Origin: a virus
Virus record (IMG/VR): IMGVR_UViG_3300022413_000352
Coordinates: 2,903-66,902 of that record
Strand: one strand, 5' to 3'
Length of the DNA stretch: 64,000 nt
This document shows positions 10,301-19,501 of this stretch, one piece after another (the first letter of the stretch is position 1; every line of letters starts with the position of its first letter). The translations under genes and the position numbers were made by a program. The notes beneath the pieces are model-generated. The model saw only the letters and a list, made by a program, of their open reading frames with translations. It was not told the DNA's origin and made no database searches.

Positions 10301-13167
10301 CCATCTTTAAGCAGTACCACATCCTCAACCCGACCCAATTTGATCGCCGTATTGACTGGTGAATTCTCACCCAGCACCCAGCGTGTATCTTCATCGGTGG
10401 GGACTTGAGAGAACGGGGATGCTACATTTACTACGATATTGTCGTGTGTTCCTACAGCCGTATCGAGAAATTTAACTTCGTATGACCCATCCGGGAACAT
10501 CACGTAAACATGGTAGGATTTACCCCCGTCAATCGTAATATCTTGATCAACTTTAAATGACGTGGTTGAGTTGCCCGCATCCGGCATCACACGCCCAGCA
10601 ACACCCCATCCCATCACATCGTGAGAAATCCCGATGACCATATGCTTTTGGACTAAGATCGCTTCCGGTGGGGCTTCAAACGAAAATGAGAAGGCGGGGA
10701 GTTGGAACAGCCCGAGGGAAATCTTACTAAAAGCCGCGACTTCTACCGGATTGGTGACGCCCCGTAACTCGATTGACTCCGCAAACACTTCAGCTGATTG
10801 AGCGACAGCTTCGGGATACTCGTAAACTTCTTCTTCGAAGTTATTATCTTCGTTGAGGAACTGCGTCTGTATCACGTTGATGGTGTTGGGATCGCGAATC
10901 ATTGAGAGATCGAAATTGCGGACATTAGACCACGAAAAGACGTAGCTGGCGGGATCGTTCCGGGTCACGCGCGGTGCCCACTTGCCATACAGATAGATCA
11001 ACTCGGTACGGCTCGATTGAAGCATGACCTCAAACACACGCTGCTGAGATACCCGTGTGTCCAATTCCAACGCCATCACATGACGAGGTCTGCCGCTCAC
11101 ATCCTCATCACAGTAATCCGCAAACGTTTGGAATGCCGGTAGATCAATCCCAGCGTCAGGGATGCCCATGCCGTAGCGCGTATTGGTCATGTAGTCCATT
11201 AGACACCAAGCGGGATTAGCTGAATACGCGGGAGTCGCACCAAACGATCCAATTCGGACCTTAACCCCCTTCTTAACCACCGTAATATTGGGAAAGGAGC
11301 CCTGGACTTGTGGATTAAACTGGAATGACCCACCCAACAGTGCCCAGTTGGGGTAAGCCTGAACATTATCAGTTATGTGAGTCACCCCAGAGAGGTGCGG
11401 AATCCATTGGTCGCCCGGATTGTTCCAACGTGGATCGGATACCACAATGTTGATGTCGTAAGTATCTAGAGCTAAGCCCGTTTGCTCAATACCCATACGA
11501 ACGGTACCTGTTTTGGATCCTCGTGCCTGAAATGGCACAGCAGTTGACCATGCCCCCTGCGGATTATTAACTCGATACTTGTAAGTCACTGTAACAACAT
11601 TGCCTACAATTGAGCCGCCGCCGCCTACGTGGTACAGTCCACCGCGCCATTCGAGGTTAAGACCAAACCCAGTTACGGCTGATTGAGTGGTATAGTCATG
11701 ACCTTCCGCTTGTTCAATTAACTCAAGACCTGACGCAATCGTATTCCGAACATCCCCAAACCCTGTTAAAGGGGTTTGCCCAGCCGTTCCGAGCTTCGTA
11801 ATATCTGTGTTAATATCGGGGAAATTCCCGAGCGGTTGCCCATTAATTTCAAGAGTATCAATCTCAATTTCTTCAATCTCACCCTGCCCGAGCGATCCCA
11901 AAAAGTGAAATTTACTTGTATCGTCAGTCAGTTCAATAACACGTAACTCTTGACCGATATCGACTGTCCCAGTATTGGCAGTATAGACGTCGCTGCCTTT
12001 GAGCCCATTAGAAAAAAGCAACTCAAATGTATCAGTCGTAACGGTAGTAATAATCCACTTCTTATTCAGAACACTTCTCAGATTTCCCGTGCCTTCAATC
12101 CCGGATATTAATACTTTTTGAGAGTGTTGAAACCCATGGGGAGCAGTCGTTTGAATCGTAACAGCGACGCCATCATCGTCATCATTTCCCCGCGTGCCAC
12201 CTGTTACATCCAGTATAGAAAACGTGGTTAAACCCGTACCGTCGTCAACAAACGTATTCCGGTTACTGGTAAACCGTTGTAAATAATGAAGTCCCACACG
12301 ACGGCGACCATATCCAACAGGGATTGGCTGACCTGGACCCCGTGTGGACTGAATCCCATCGGCTGAAAAGGATGGATCAGCAGATCGTATGTTGGCGTCA
12401 GGTGGGGCAAACAGGTAAGAAACAGCAAGCGATACTGCAATAGCAACCACGATCTCAATAATGATAGCGGTGACAGTAGCTGCCTCACCCCACTGTGGGA
12501 TCAGAACCCAGTCTTCACCTTCCTGTGGGATCATATCGTCCCACACCTCAACCGGTACCCGTATCGAGTTACGCAGCACCTCTGCCACAACCACACCCGG
12601 CTCAAAGTAATCACGTAAAGGCTTACCTGGATCAAACCCGATTCGCTTGAACCGCAGACTACCATCGATCGCAGTCACCGGGCTCACCAGCATCCGCACC
12701 CCAAACGCATCTGGCTTCGAGAAGTCAGTGCGATCGGCTATCGGATTTCGAGGAATATCGGCAAAGTCAGTTAGCGTTTCATGCCGACACACCTGCAAGA
12801 TACGCGACTGCCACAACCGTAACAGATCGATCGCTGCCCCACGGTTGGCTCTCGTGTGAATGATCTCAGTACGTGACGCGATCATTCCGACATGCTGTAC
12901 CGTTCGGGATGGCACTTTGTAAATAATGACATCCCAAGGTTGTAGGATATCCTCGATTGGTGCCGCACCCGCTTCATCGAACCACACCTCGACAAACTGT
13001 GGCGCAGCTCGGATGTGCGACTCTGGCAGATCAATCCCCAGACCATCCCGGTACAAGTCACGGACCAAATTCCAACACCCATCTGGCTCATACGGACGAT
13101 CGATATAGCCACCGTCTGTTGCCAGTTGTGCAGGACTTGCTATGTACTCAGGCGTAATCGTTGCCAT
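7351..13167 (-). CDS. Tail tip / central fibre (lambda gpJ-like) with N-terminal NlpC/P60 (gpK-like) and gpI-like segments
   Basis: N-terminal DGCWNLVR..HVGM..IIHT NlpC/P60 motif; GQPIPVGYGRRRVG; YSANPAWCLMDYMTNTRYGMG..FADYCDE gpJ signature; FN3 domains; ITAGxI repeats. Confidence 0.85.
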   Translation of the reverse strand: MATITPEYIASPAQLATDGGYIDRPYEPDGCWNLVRDLYRDGLGIDLPESHIRAAPQFVEVWFDEAGAAPIEDILQPWDVIIYKVPSRTVQHVGMIASRTEIIHTRANRGAAIDLLRLWQSRILQVCRHETLTDFADIPRNPIADRTDFSKPDAFGVRMLVSPVTAIDGSLRFKRIGFDPGKPLRDYFEPGVVVAEVLRNSIRVPVEVWDDMIPQEGEDWVLIPQWGEAATVTAIIIEIVVAIAVSLAVSYLFAPPDANIRSADPSFSADGIQSTRGPGQPIPVGYGRRRVGLHYLQRFTSNRNTFVDDGTGLTTFSILDVTGGTRGNDDDDGVAVTIQTTAPHGFQHSQKVLISGIEGTGNLRSVLNKKWIITTVTTDTFELLFSNGLKGSDVYTANTGTVDIGQELRVIELTDDTSKFHFLGSLGQGEIEEIEIDTLEINGQPLGNFPDINTDITKLGTAGQTPLTGFGDVRNTIASGLELIEQAEGHDYTTQSAVTGFGLNLEWRGGLYHVGGGGSIVGNVVTVTYKYRVNNPQGAWSTAVPFQARGSKTGTVRMGIEQTGLALDTYDINIVVSDPRWNNPGDQWIPHLSGVTHITDNVQAYPNWALLGGSFQFNPQVQGSFPNITVVKKGVKVRIGSFGATPAYSANPAWCLMDYMTNTRYGMGIPDAGIDLPAFQTFADYCDEDVSGRPRHVMALELDTRVSQQRVFEVMLQSSRTELIYLYGKWAPRVTRNDPASYVFSWSNVRNFDLSMIRDPNTINVIQTQFLNEDNNFEEEVYEYPEAVAQSAEVFAESIELRGVTNPVEVAAFSKISLGLFQLPAFSFSFEAPPEAILVQKHMVIGISHDVMGWGVAGRVMPDAGNSTTSFKVDQDITIDGGKSYHVYVMFPDGSYEVKFLDTAVGTHDNIVVNVASPFSQVPTDEDTRWVLGENSPVNTAIKLGRVEDVVLLKDGWVRLSGVHHNSFVYGNEPPGPVLPTSNLPRLQGPPPPIVSATAVENLQSLGTGARQSVVLLSWDIGAQGRYAPYGGAIILRREILQGGLAGNIQTAIATFAEDMNPLDELTGGYSRIGFTQGFNYSDSTVIPGLTYEYRIIPVSGINTPNNVGYYNIILHVHGGAATEFAPGPPQNVQLFVKNEAGTFVEAGLADDGLFDTGSVEYIGEDVQFRWGAPAGFEEGQAVLFVNRYRVQVWTGTGSALLHEDIVTSKSFNYPKSLNLDDSIRIGFTYPHRAIVFRVWAISNVDVESSTYAQLAILNQAVDMSSHTPVVRPLLSAAQLDWSAFNPPTDIDRYDILLETTSPPNTVYKTIDGKATKTELTDLDSALTYFVRMRAYDPFGLSPVALWTPTVSFMPNGLGAGQLDALPPSVPTGVTLTAGAEIQADGAQISFVDINWDASTDPEGSDVHYQVNYRFGAVPTERLYTIGSVEGTSYRISPVPGLTEVGVSIAASDRIRNVSDFSAEVIIQTAGDATPPGDVTSLSANGYLRTIILNFIPPSDADLSHVEVHASLTNDRSNSFLSGRAAANTSFYNFNVDAGNSTLNNNEEWFFWVRPVDTSGNLGGFFPTGATAGVSGTTSDPGLDPITGSDIVDRTVTGIKIALAENEGIKGENIVTGEILADHIAAGQIDAIHITAGGITSGWLSTSELITTSAQIADATIVDAHITDLTAAKLTAGNITADLTLGVGTFLKISGSLERIGAFDAQDPPVLRVAMGNLGVGNTAWGLRVWDENGVLQFDTIAGGVSAAGIQTGVVNASHIETDTITADHIQSGVLIITDVAQIDDEIVETSHIKDLTVDTIKIANGAITGFVGAETVHTATSVPVGPLFDPVVSIVVPAISAGEHLQITAVVSCRVSTESGSTTFLQFHIRDETGIQDTRVVGTHDWIESECTLMYNEVVGVGRGSETWKVTALAFGGGTSTHLLLQTAQMRVVVTKK

Positions 13168-13174
13168 ATATCGC

Positions 13175-14752
13175 CTATAAAAATGGGGCTTTATCGCGTG
13201 TGTAAATCTCTTTTGGTGACAGTCGATCTTGAGCCATATATCTAGGTTTTAGCTTAAACGTGGATGATGGCAATCCGATTGACGTCACCGCCTCTACTTC
13301 AAATTCCATGGCAGATGCTATTGGGGTATCATTGGGAGCGTTTGGATTGACTAGCCATACCTCAAGCGTCCACAGCGGTGCTATATTTCCCGATTCGAGA
13401 TATGCCATATGGTACAGATCAAAAATGCTTGATACCCGCCGATCCACATTCAACACCGTCACAGATACTGATGCAGGGCGAGCGATTGACCCCTCTGACA
13501 GTCCGGGGACTTGGATAAAAATCGCCTCATATGTTTCCGTTATATATGTTATGTCTTCGTCGTTATTCGTGTATCGGAACTCAACGACCGGATCCTCATG
13601 AATTGTCAGCTTGTACAACTCTCGTAATTGACTGCCATAAAGAGAGTTAATATTAGTAATGAACCCAGTCGAATATAACCCTGTCTGCTTAGGGAATGGG
13701 GCGCTAAAAGTGACAAACGTTCCAGGAGACGATTGGTTGTTGTACTCTGCTGCTATCCAATCGGCTGAACGGGCAACGACAGAAACACGAACCTCATCCA
13801 TCACCCCATTCAATGCCCGAGTCGTTGTTCCGGGGCGTCCTGATATTCTAAAATCAGAAGCGGATGTGATATCTAAACCTGAAAGATTATCATCTGTGGT
13901 AAGAGTAAAGTCAGAAGTAACATCAGAGCCGTTTTTATAAATAAGAAGAGTGTCTGCGCTGTTATCAAACGTCGCAGTGAAATAAAAGAACCCCTCGGCT
14001 ACGGTATAAAATCCAGCGTCTCTATAATCTTTGAGAGCCCCTGTCGTTGCTTCCAACACAACCGTTAGGTATCCCCCAGTTGTTAGCCCACCTGTGCCGA
14101 TAAAAAACCCAGGGAATGAACCCAGAGCGCCTAGAGGTCTATCAGCTACCCAACAGTCCCCGCCGTTATTAATCGGCATATCAACCCAAAATGAGATGGT
14201 ATAGTCACCTGTCCCCGGCTTTAGGGCTGAACCGCAATCAATCGCATCGTCTACCCCGTCAAACTGAATCGCATTATCTATCTGCCCACCGCTAATTAAA
14301 TCCCCTGATGTCATGGTTCCCGAACTGGTGCCGTCATTATTGTTCGACGTGCTATCAAGCATCTGTGGCGCACCGCCGCTAGGGTCTTGATTAAGATGCT
14401 GGACCATGGCAAAACTTGAATCCCAAGTACCTGTAATGTTTTCTTGGTTTGCTGCACCGGAATTCCCAAAATACATATATAGTTGTGTATCGGAACTACT
14501 TGAAATAGAGGGAACTTTAACCCATGCCCACAACTCACCCGTACCGGATGTGAATGATTCTATTTCATGATTGAGTTTCATGTTATCTGATGATGTAAAC
14601 AGAATATCTTGCCCAGCAGATTGGGCTTCTGTAATCAATAATGATTCTGTGACATGAACCAACAATGGAAAATTCACCAGATTGCTGGGCACCTGAGCAC
14701 TATCAATTGTCAATAAGGACGCATAGTCCCAATCATCGCTATACCAAGGCAT
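13175..14752 (-). CDS. Minor tail/hub protein (gpL-like C-terminus) fused to DUF2341 and LamG/ConA-like domains
   Basis: NFPLLV..DILFT..LNHEIE..WAWVKVP..YMYFGN (DUF2341-like); FDGVDD..DEVRVS..RSADWI (LamG-like); C-terminal RELYKL..RYTNNDEDITY; position between Dit and tail tip. Confidence 0.65.
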   Translation of the reverse strand: MPWYSDDWDYASLLTIDSAQVPSNLVNFPLLVHVTESLLITEAQSAGQDILFTSSDNMKLNHEIESFTSGTGELWAWVKVPSISSSSDTQLYMYFGNSGAANQENITGTWDSSFAMVQHLNQDPSGGAPQMLDSTSNNNDGTSSGTMTSGDLISGGQIDNAIQFDGVDDAIDCGSALKPGTGDYTISFWVDMPINNGGDCWVADRPLGALGSFPGFFIGTGGLTTGGYLTVVLEATTGALKDYRDAGFYTVAEGFFYFTATFDNSADTLLIYKNGSDVTSDFTLTTDDNLSGLDITSASDFRISGRPGTTTRALNGVMDEVRVSVVARSADWIAAEYNNQSSPGTFVTFSAPFPKQTGLYSTGFITNINSLYGSQLRELYKLTIHEDPVVEFRYTNNDEDITYITETYEAIFIQVPGLSEGSIARPASVSVTVLNVDRRVSSIFDLYHMAYLESGNIAPLWTLEVWLVNPNAPNDTPIASAMEFEVEAVTSIGLPSSTFKLKPRYMAQDRLSPKEIYTRDKAPFL

Positions 14753-15327
14753 TAGCTATCTACCCCCTGGATCGCAATGGACCAATTCCATAGACCATAA
14801 TTGTCAGCAATCGGACCCATTAACTTGTCGTACCCTGGGATGCGCCCTTGCTCTAATACGATAAGCGCGTTGGGTAAATGGGGTCTGATCAACCCGGTTG
14901 ATTCCGTATCTGAGAGCCCAGTCAAAACGAGCGACGTGTTGTTAGCCGTGCTTGCCACCCGGTAATTTCCATCCGCTGAAACAGTATGCGAAACAGTCAC
15001 CCACTGACCTTTTGTAAAATAATGCGGGCTGGAAGTCGTCACAGTGGCAGTCGTTATGTCACTGATTGTCATAGCGTTACGTAGCGGCATCGTCCAATCA
15101 AAAACGGTTGCACCAAAGTTAATTTCGTTGCTGATGAAATGTCTCAAGATGTTTCGGTTGTTTCCGCTGAGATTACCATACGTCAACACAAAACCAGATC
15201 GAATCGTACTACCTGGACGTCTACGAATCTCATACCCAGGTTGATCCGGTGTGAATGTCGCGATCGGCACATTCGGCATGACATCATCAACGGACTGTGG
15301 GACTGGAGTGGTCGGCCAAGTTGGCAT
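14752..15327 (-). CDS. Distal tail protein (gpM/Dit-like)
   Basis: Immediately after tape measure; MPTWP..GYEIRR..FGATVFDWT pattern. Confidence 0.6.
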   Translation of the reverse strand: MPTWPTTPVPQSVDDVMPNVPIATFTPDQPGYEIRRRPGSTIRSGFVLTYGNLSGNNRNILRHFISNEINFGATVFDWTMPLRNAMTISDITTATVTTSSPHYFTKGQWVTVSHTVSADGNYRVASTANNTSLVLTGLSDTESTGLIRPHLPNALIVLEQGRIPGYDKLMGPIADNYGLWNWSIAIQGVDS

Positions 15328-15329
15328 GG

Positions 15330-17675
15330 TTAACGCCCCGCTCTCTCAAAGCGCCGCTTGACAGCAGACCCGCGACCCTTGTCGATATCGTCTAGAACGA
15401 CGGTCATTACACGTCGATCGATCATCTGTATCTCTTTCTCACGTCTCGCTGCTGTGTCCCTGTCGTCCACCAGAATCAAGTTTAACCCTGAATCCATACC
15501 ACCAGCCATACTACCGCCAGACATGCCACCTGTGGCAAAGCTAGGCGTGTCTAAGGGGCGTCCGGCTTGGATAGAGCGAGCTAGGAATCGCTGCATCGGT
15601 TCACTGAGCACTTGGGAGGGTACGACAAACTCTCGACCGCCGGGATTGTCACCGATGACTGAGAGTTGCTCGCCGTTCGTGACGGTGCCACGGGCTTGAC
15701 TGGTAATACCGCCAACCAATGCACGGGCAGCGGTGCCAGACAGAGATCCACCACCGCCTAAACTACTGCTCAACAACCGAGTAATATTACTAATAGCCGC
15801 CTGAAGCGCCGCATTGGCAAGTGATAGCAGTATGTTACGACCCAGTTGCTTAAATGCCTGCCCCACCGATTGAGTGCCCTGAATGATCCCTTGTAGGCTT
15901 GTCTGGAAGGTCTGACCAATCGATTGAAACACCGACTCAAGCGCCTGAACTGCTGGCAACGTCTTAGCGAACTCATCACGCAGCTTTGCAAGCGCTCGAC
16001 CCTCAGTTTCCCCACCCAGACCTAGCGATCTAATCTCACTTGATGACCGATCAAAACGCTCACGGGGTGTTTCCACACTGAGCTTGACCGCATCAATTGC
16101 TTGCTGGCGTTCCTTGGCAATCTGAACCCGGAACTGCTCAATTTTAAGTGCTGCCTGCTGCCCTTGACGGTTTCGCTCTTGTTCTTCACCTAGGGTTTTC
16201 TCTAAGTCAATCCGGGTTTGTAGCCCATCCAAAAGCTTAGTTAACGCATCGATGCGGTCTTGGTTCCGTAATTTGCCAGGCGCATCAAACGCTTTTTCTA
16301 GCTCGCTACTTACAAGCCCCACTTTCGCTTGTAACAATGATAGGAAATTATCCGACTCTTCACGGGCACGTCTAAACCCATCACCTAGGCCTTGCGTCGT
16401 TTTAAATAATTCATCCAACGTCGCAAGTGACCGCTCTAAACCAGGGGGTAAAATAGGCGGAGGGGGTGTACTGGGTCGCTTTCCGGTAACCGTTATTTTA
16501 TCTAGAACCGTAGCCCCCGACGTGATATCACTACCACGCGGCTGATTATTTATGGCATCAAGCGCCGCTTTTTGCGCTCTCGTTGCAAATCCCAACGCCG
16601 CCTTAACATCGTCAATCAACTCGCTGGCTACTTCTTTTATTTTTCCAGTAACCCGAGCATCAAAATCTCTAAATATTTGAATAGTCGCGAATACCCTACC
16701 GAACGTCGCCAGTTCTTCATTTAAACTTTTAAAGACAAAGACAATCGACTTGCCAAATGCCGAAGTGGCGACAGTAGTGCCCGCTAAGACGCCCCGCATT
16801 TCGTTAAATATGTCAGTTAGAAACCCAATGCTCTCATTCAAAAAGTCGCTGTCTTTTAAAACCTTACCCGTCTCAGCACTCAGTAAGAAAAAGCTCGTTT
16901 TCAGCTTATTCACTCGTCCGGCAAACGTATCGAACGTCTTTACGTCACCAGCAAGTTTGTTAATTTCTTCCAACATGGGAATTAGGAACTGAGAGGATAC
17001 CGCAGCACCCGACTGCACCAGTTTATCGACTTCCTGAACACTGACGCCCATCGCGTTGGCTAGAGCTAAGAATGCGGGCAATCCGGCATCGGCAATACTT
17101 GCCAACTCATTCGTTTGAATCAATCCGCGTGTGGCACTCTGCCCCACCTGAACAAGTACCCGTTCTAATTCCGCAGTATTCACCCCGATTTTGTTACTGG
17201 CTTCAGCAATCTGAGTAAATATTTGTTGGGTTTGACCGGATAGCGATGAACCAGCGGTTGCGGCTGTCAACCGCTTGAATGCGCTTCCCGCTTCTTCAAA
17301 ACTCAACCCTAACCGGTTGGATTCAGAGACGACAAAGCGAATCGACTCGGCGCTTTTTGCGCTTGATCCCTGTAGCGCTGTAAACGCCCGCTCCATGCCC
17401 TCTATGGTGACAGATGCCTGTATCGAACTTTGAGCAAACCCAGTGAGTTCACGGATCCCAAAGGCTGCAATAATCGTCCCACCCAACCGTTTTAGGGTTG
17501 TGTTGAACTTGCCGACCTCACGTTCTGCGTTCTTGATCCCGCGTTTAAACTTATCGCTCGACTTTTGACCCTCATTACCCAAGGATTTCGTTTCCTTGGC
17601 GGCATCCTTGATGCCCTTGGTAAAGGGTCTGCTGTCGATCGTCAGTCTAGATTTTACGTCGCCTACTGATGGCAT
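15330..17675 (-). CDS. Tail tape measure protein
   Basis: 781 aa, helical, Ala-rich; tape-measure-like segment (ERAFTALQGS..LGLSF..QVGQSATRGLIQTNEL); C-terminal ARG..GREFVVP and FATGG; canonical position. Confidence 0.85.
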   Translation of the reverse strand: MPSVGDVKSRLTIDSRPFTKGIKDAAKETKSLGNEGQKSSDKFKRGIKNAEREVGKFNTTLKRLGGTIIAAFGIRELTGFAQSSIQASVTIEGMERAFTALQGSSAKSAESIRFVVSESNRLGLSFEEAGSAFKRLTAATAGSSLSGQTQQIFTQIAEASNKIGVNTAELERVLVQVGQSATRGLIQTNELASIADAGLPAFLALANAMGVSVQEVDKLVQSGAAVSSQFLIPMLEEINKLAGDVKTFDTFAGRVNKLKTSFFLLSAETGKVLKDSDFLNESIGFLTDIFNEMRGVLAGTTVATSAFGKSIVFVFKSLNEELATFGRVFATIQIFRDFDARVTGKIKEVASELIDDVKAALGFATRAQKAALDAINNQPRGSDITSGATVLDKITVTGKRPSTPPPPILPPGLERSLATLDELFKTTQGLGDGFRRAREESDNFLSLLQAKVGLVSSELEKAFDAPGKLRNQDRIDALTKLLDGLQTRIDLEKTLGEEQERNRQGQQAALKIEQFRVQIAKERQQAIDAVKLSVETPRERFDRSSSEIRSLGLGGETEGRALAKLRDEFAKTLPAVQALESVFQSIGQTFQTSLQGIIQGTQSVGQAFKQLGRNILLSLANAALQAAISNITRLLSSSLGGGGSLSGTAARALVGGITSQARGTVTNGEQLSVIGDNPGGREFVVPSQVLSEPMQRFLARSIQAGRPLDTPSFATGGMSGGSMAGGMDSGLNLILVDDRDTAARREKEIQMIDRRVMTVVLDDIDKGRGSAVKRRFERAGR

Positions 17676-17678
17676 TCG

Positions 17679-18035
17679 CTATCCATTCGCAGCCAATCGG
17701 TGGATAAAATCAACCGCTTCCTGTGTCGGTGCCGTAAGCTCGCCCGGTTCAAACTGTTCAGTGGCTTCATACTCCCGGTTCACCATCAAGAAATCTTGCA
17801 ACTTCAAAGCTGGCTGTCCCTTTGGTGCGCTGGCGTGCACTAGAACAGACCGCGCCCATCTCACATCCTCAACTTCATGTGGGTAGCCGCCACACTGAGC
17901 ATAGAACCGCTGCCAGTCCAGAAATTCACGGTAGCTCATCTCCCGCAACATGTGGGCTACGGTACGATAGCCACGGGCGGCGGCGATACTGTGGAGGGCA
18001 TAACGCCGTTCTCCAAGTCCACCGCTTCCTCGTTT
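17679..18035 (-). CDS. Tail assembly chaperone gpT (C-terminal part of gpGT frameshift product)
   Basis: The -1 frame from slippery heptamer CCCAAAC is open into 17679-17951: ERRYALHSIAAARGYRTVAHMLREMSYREFLDWQRFY. Confidence 0.75.
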   Translation of the reverse strand, partial: KRGSGGLGERRYALHSIAAARGYRTVAHMLREMSYREFLDWQRFYAQCGGYPHEVEDVRWARSVLVHASAPKGQPALKLQDFLMVNREYEATEQFEPGELTAPTQEAVDFIHRLAANG

Positions 18036-18427
18036 GGGTCCTGCTCATCTACCTCGTAAATGAAAGCAAATGCCGCTTGACCCACTGCTGTGATCGTATC
18101 CATTGACTTGCGCTTCAGAATCATTCGCCCTTGCTCGTAATTATTAAACAATGGCGTACCATCCTCGTTACACGCACAACGGACAATCACCTCATACCAC
18201 AGAGACAACGCGCGACGCACCTGGATATTAGTCAGAGTCGTCACTTCGTCGCCCGTATTAAGCACACCATCTTCGATCAACTCTTGGACAAGGTCGTTGA
18301 TATCAAGCCCGTCTTCTATACCTGGACGACGTACCCAGATCGACCCATCACCCCAGCCCGGAGCCGGAATGGATGTAATGTCCAGATCATCATACGAGAG
18401 CATGTCATCCAGCGTTACCCCAGCCAT
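17957..18427 (-). CDS. Tail assembly chaperone gpG
   Basis: Between tail tube and tape measure; PGWGDGSIWVR..IVRCACNEDGTPLF pattern. Confidence 0.75.
   Translation of the reverse strand: MAGVTLDDMLSYDDLDITSIPAPGWGDGSIWVRRPGIEDGLDINDLVQELIEDGVLNTGDEVTTLTNIQVRRALSLWYEVIVRCACNEDGTPLFNNYEQGRMILKRKSMDTITAVGQAAFAFIYEVDEQDPNEEAVDLENGVMPSTVSPPPVAIVP
18032..18038 (-). other. Programmed -1 frameshift slippery site C CCA AAC
   Basis: X XXY YYZ heptamer in the gpG zero frame (GAC CCA AAC); the -1 frame is in phase with the gpT ORF. Confidence 0.75.
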
Positions 18428-18430
18428 CTT

Positions 18431-19093
18431 TTACTCCGATCGCATAATAACCGTATTGAGATCGAGACCCAGCGTCAATTGCTGATGCGTGCCTGACTCA
18501 AAACTACGTGCATAATTATTGATAATGGCCATAAAGCCTTCATAAGTAGGCGTCGTCTCACTGTAAGCGTTGTTTTGTGCCCGAATCCAAACAGTACCCC
18601 GACCGTCTGCCAGTTTGGATAAACCTGATACCATGCCTTGAGTTGTGTCAGCAGGCAACCAATTAAGCACAATACTTCCAGATCCACTTACTGTGGTCGC
18701 AACCTTCTCTATGATACCCGTGCAATCGTCCAAAGATGGCGCTTCAGAGACGTTATAGGTTTGATCAAAGTTTAGCGTGGCCACTTCAGAAATTGTCGTC
18801 CAAGTGGTATTCATCCGCTGCACAGTGCCCGGCGTTACTAATGTGCCCGTAATGTTCCCGTTCACAATCGTGAGCGTATTGGCGTCTGCCGCTGTGCTCA
18901 CGATATGGTACGAGTTAAAATTAACCAGCCCCGTGCTACCCACCACTTGCACAATGTCACCAGGCGATGCCCCGATTGCAGTCGCCGCGATCGTCACAAT
19001 ACCCGCCGATGGCGTAGCAGTCGTAATCGCCACCGCTGTTTCACTCGTATCATCACCCAATTGAACCGCCACACATCCTGATCTGTACGCCAT
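18431..19093 (-). CDS. Major tail tube protein
   Basis: ATG at 19093 with GGAGG RBS; WTTISEVATL..SGSGSIVLNWLPADTTQ tail-tube pattern; position before chaperones. Confidence 0.75.
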   Translation of the reverse strand: MAYRSGCVAVQLGDDTSETAVAITTATPSAGIVTIAATAIGASPGDIVQVVGSTGLVNFNSYHIVSTAADANTLTIVNGNITGTLVTPGTVQRMNTTWTTISEVATLNFDQTYNVSEAPSLDDCTGIIEKVATTVSGSGSIVLNWLPADTTQGMVSGLSKLADGRGTVWIRAQNNAYSETTPTYEGFMAIINNYARSFESGTHQQLTLGLDLNTVIMRSE

Positions 19094-19501
19094 AATAACC
19101 TCCGGTGGACTGCCTGCTTTAGCTGGCAGGGGATAGGAGTTTGGAGCGAAGCTCCAATCTCGACTCAATCAAGCGTAAAAGTAATTGCCTCAACCACTTA
19201 TTTTCTGTATAATGCCCAACAATACGACAGCGTTAGACTCGGAGGTTGAAAGTACCACTTGTCGCTATACGCTGTGCGGCTCTTTCTAAAATAACTAGTG
19301 GGTTCCACGGCGTAGGGTCGTGGGTAAAAGTTATTCCGAAAAGTAGAGAAAACATCCTAAATGCTCCAGTGTGTGCTGCGCTTCGGCCTGGCCGCTGGTC
19401 CGATTTAGGGGCTCGGATCGAGCCTTGCGGAGCTAACGTAGCCTGATGTAAGGGCATGCCTTTCCGCAGAAGCCGCCTCATTTATGGGGTGGAGTGATCA
19501 C
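19094..19501 (+). mobile_element. Non-autonomous IS200/IS605-family element (no tnpA/tnpB) retaining both hairpin ends and an omegaRNA-like right end
   Basis: Left hairpin CTGCCTGC-TTTA-GCTGGCAG (19110-19129); right end GAAG + CCGCCTCAT-TT-ATGGGGTGG + TCAC; precise removal restores AGGAGATAAC-TGATG (RBS plus overlapping stop/start) on the minus strand. Confidence 0.75.
19185..19213 (+). promoter_or_regulatory. sigma70-type promoter inside the IS remnant, antisense to tail genes
   Basis: TTGCCT-17 bp-TATAAT. Confidence 0.6.

Noticed and set aside
13175-14752. Duplicated LamG cassette as a DGR template/variable repeat pair
   Set aside because: Both copies are coding and differ broadly rather than only at adenines; no reverse transcriptase seen
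685-18106. Many short antisense or overlapping ORFs in the track
   Set aside because: Shadow frames of long Thr/Gly/Ala-rich structural genes, with no recognisable motifs
19246-19446. 66-aa ORF as a functional TnpB
   Set aside because: No RuvC or zinc-finger motifs; only a C-terminal-like remnant
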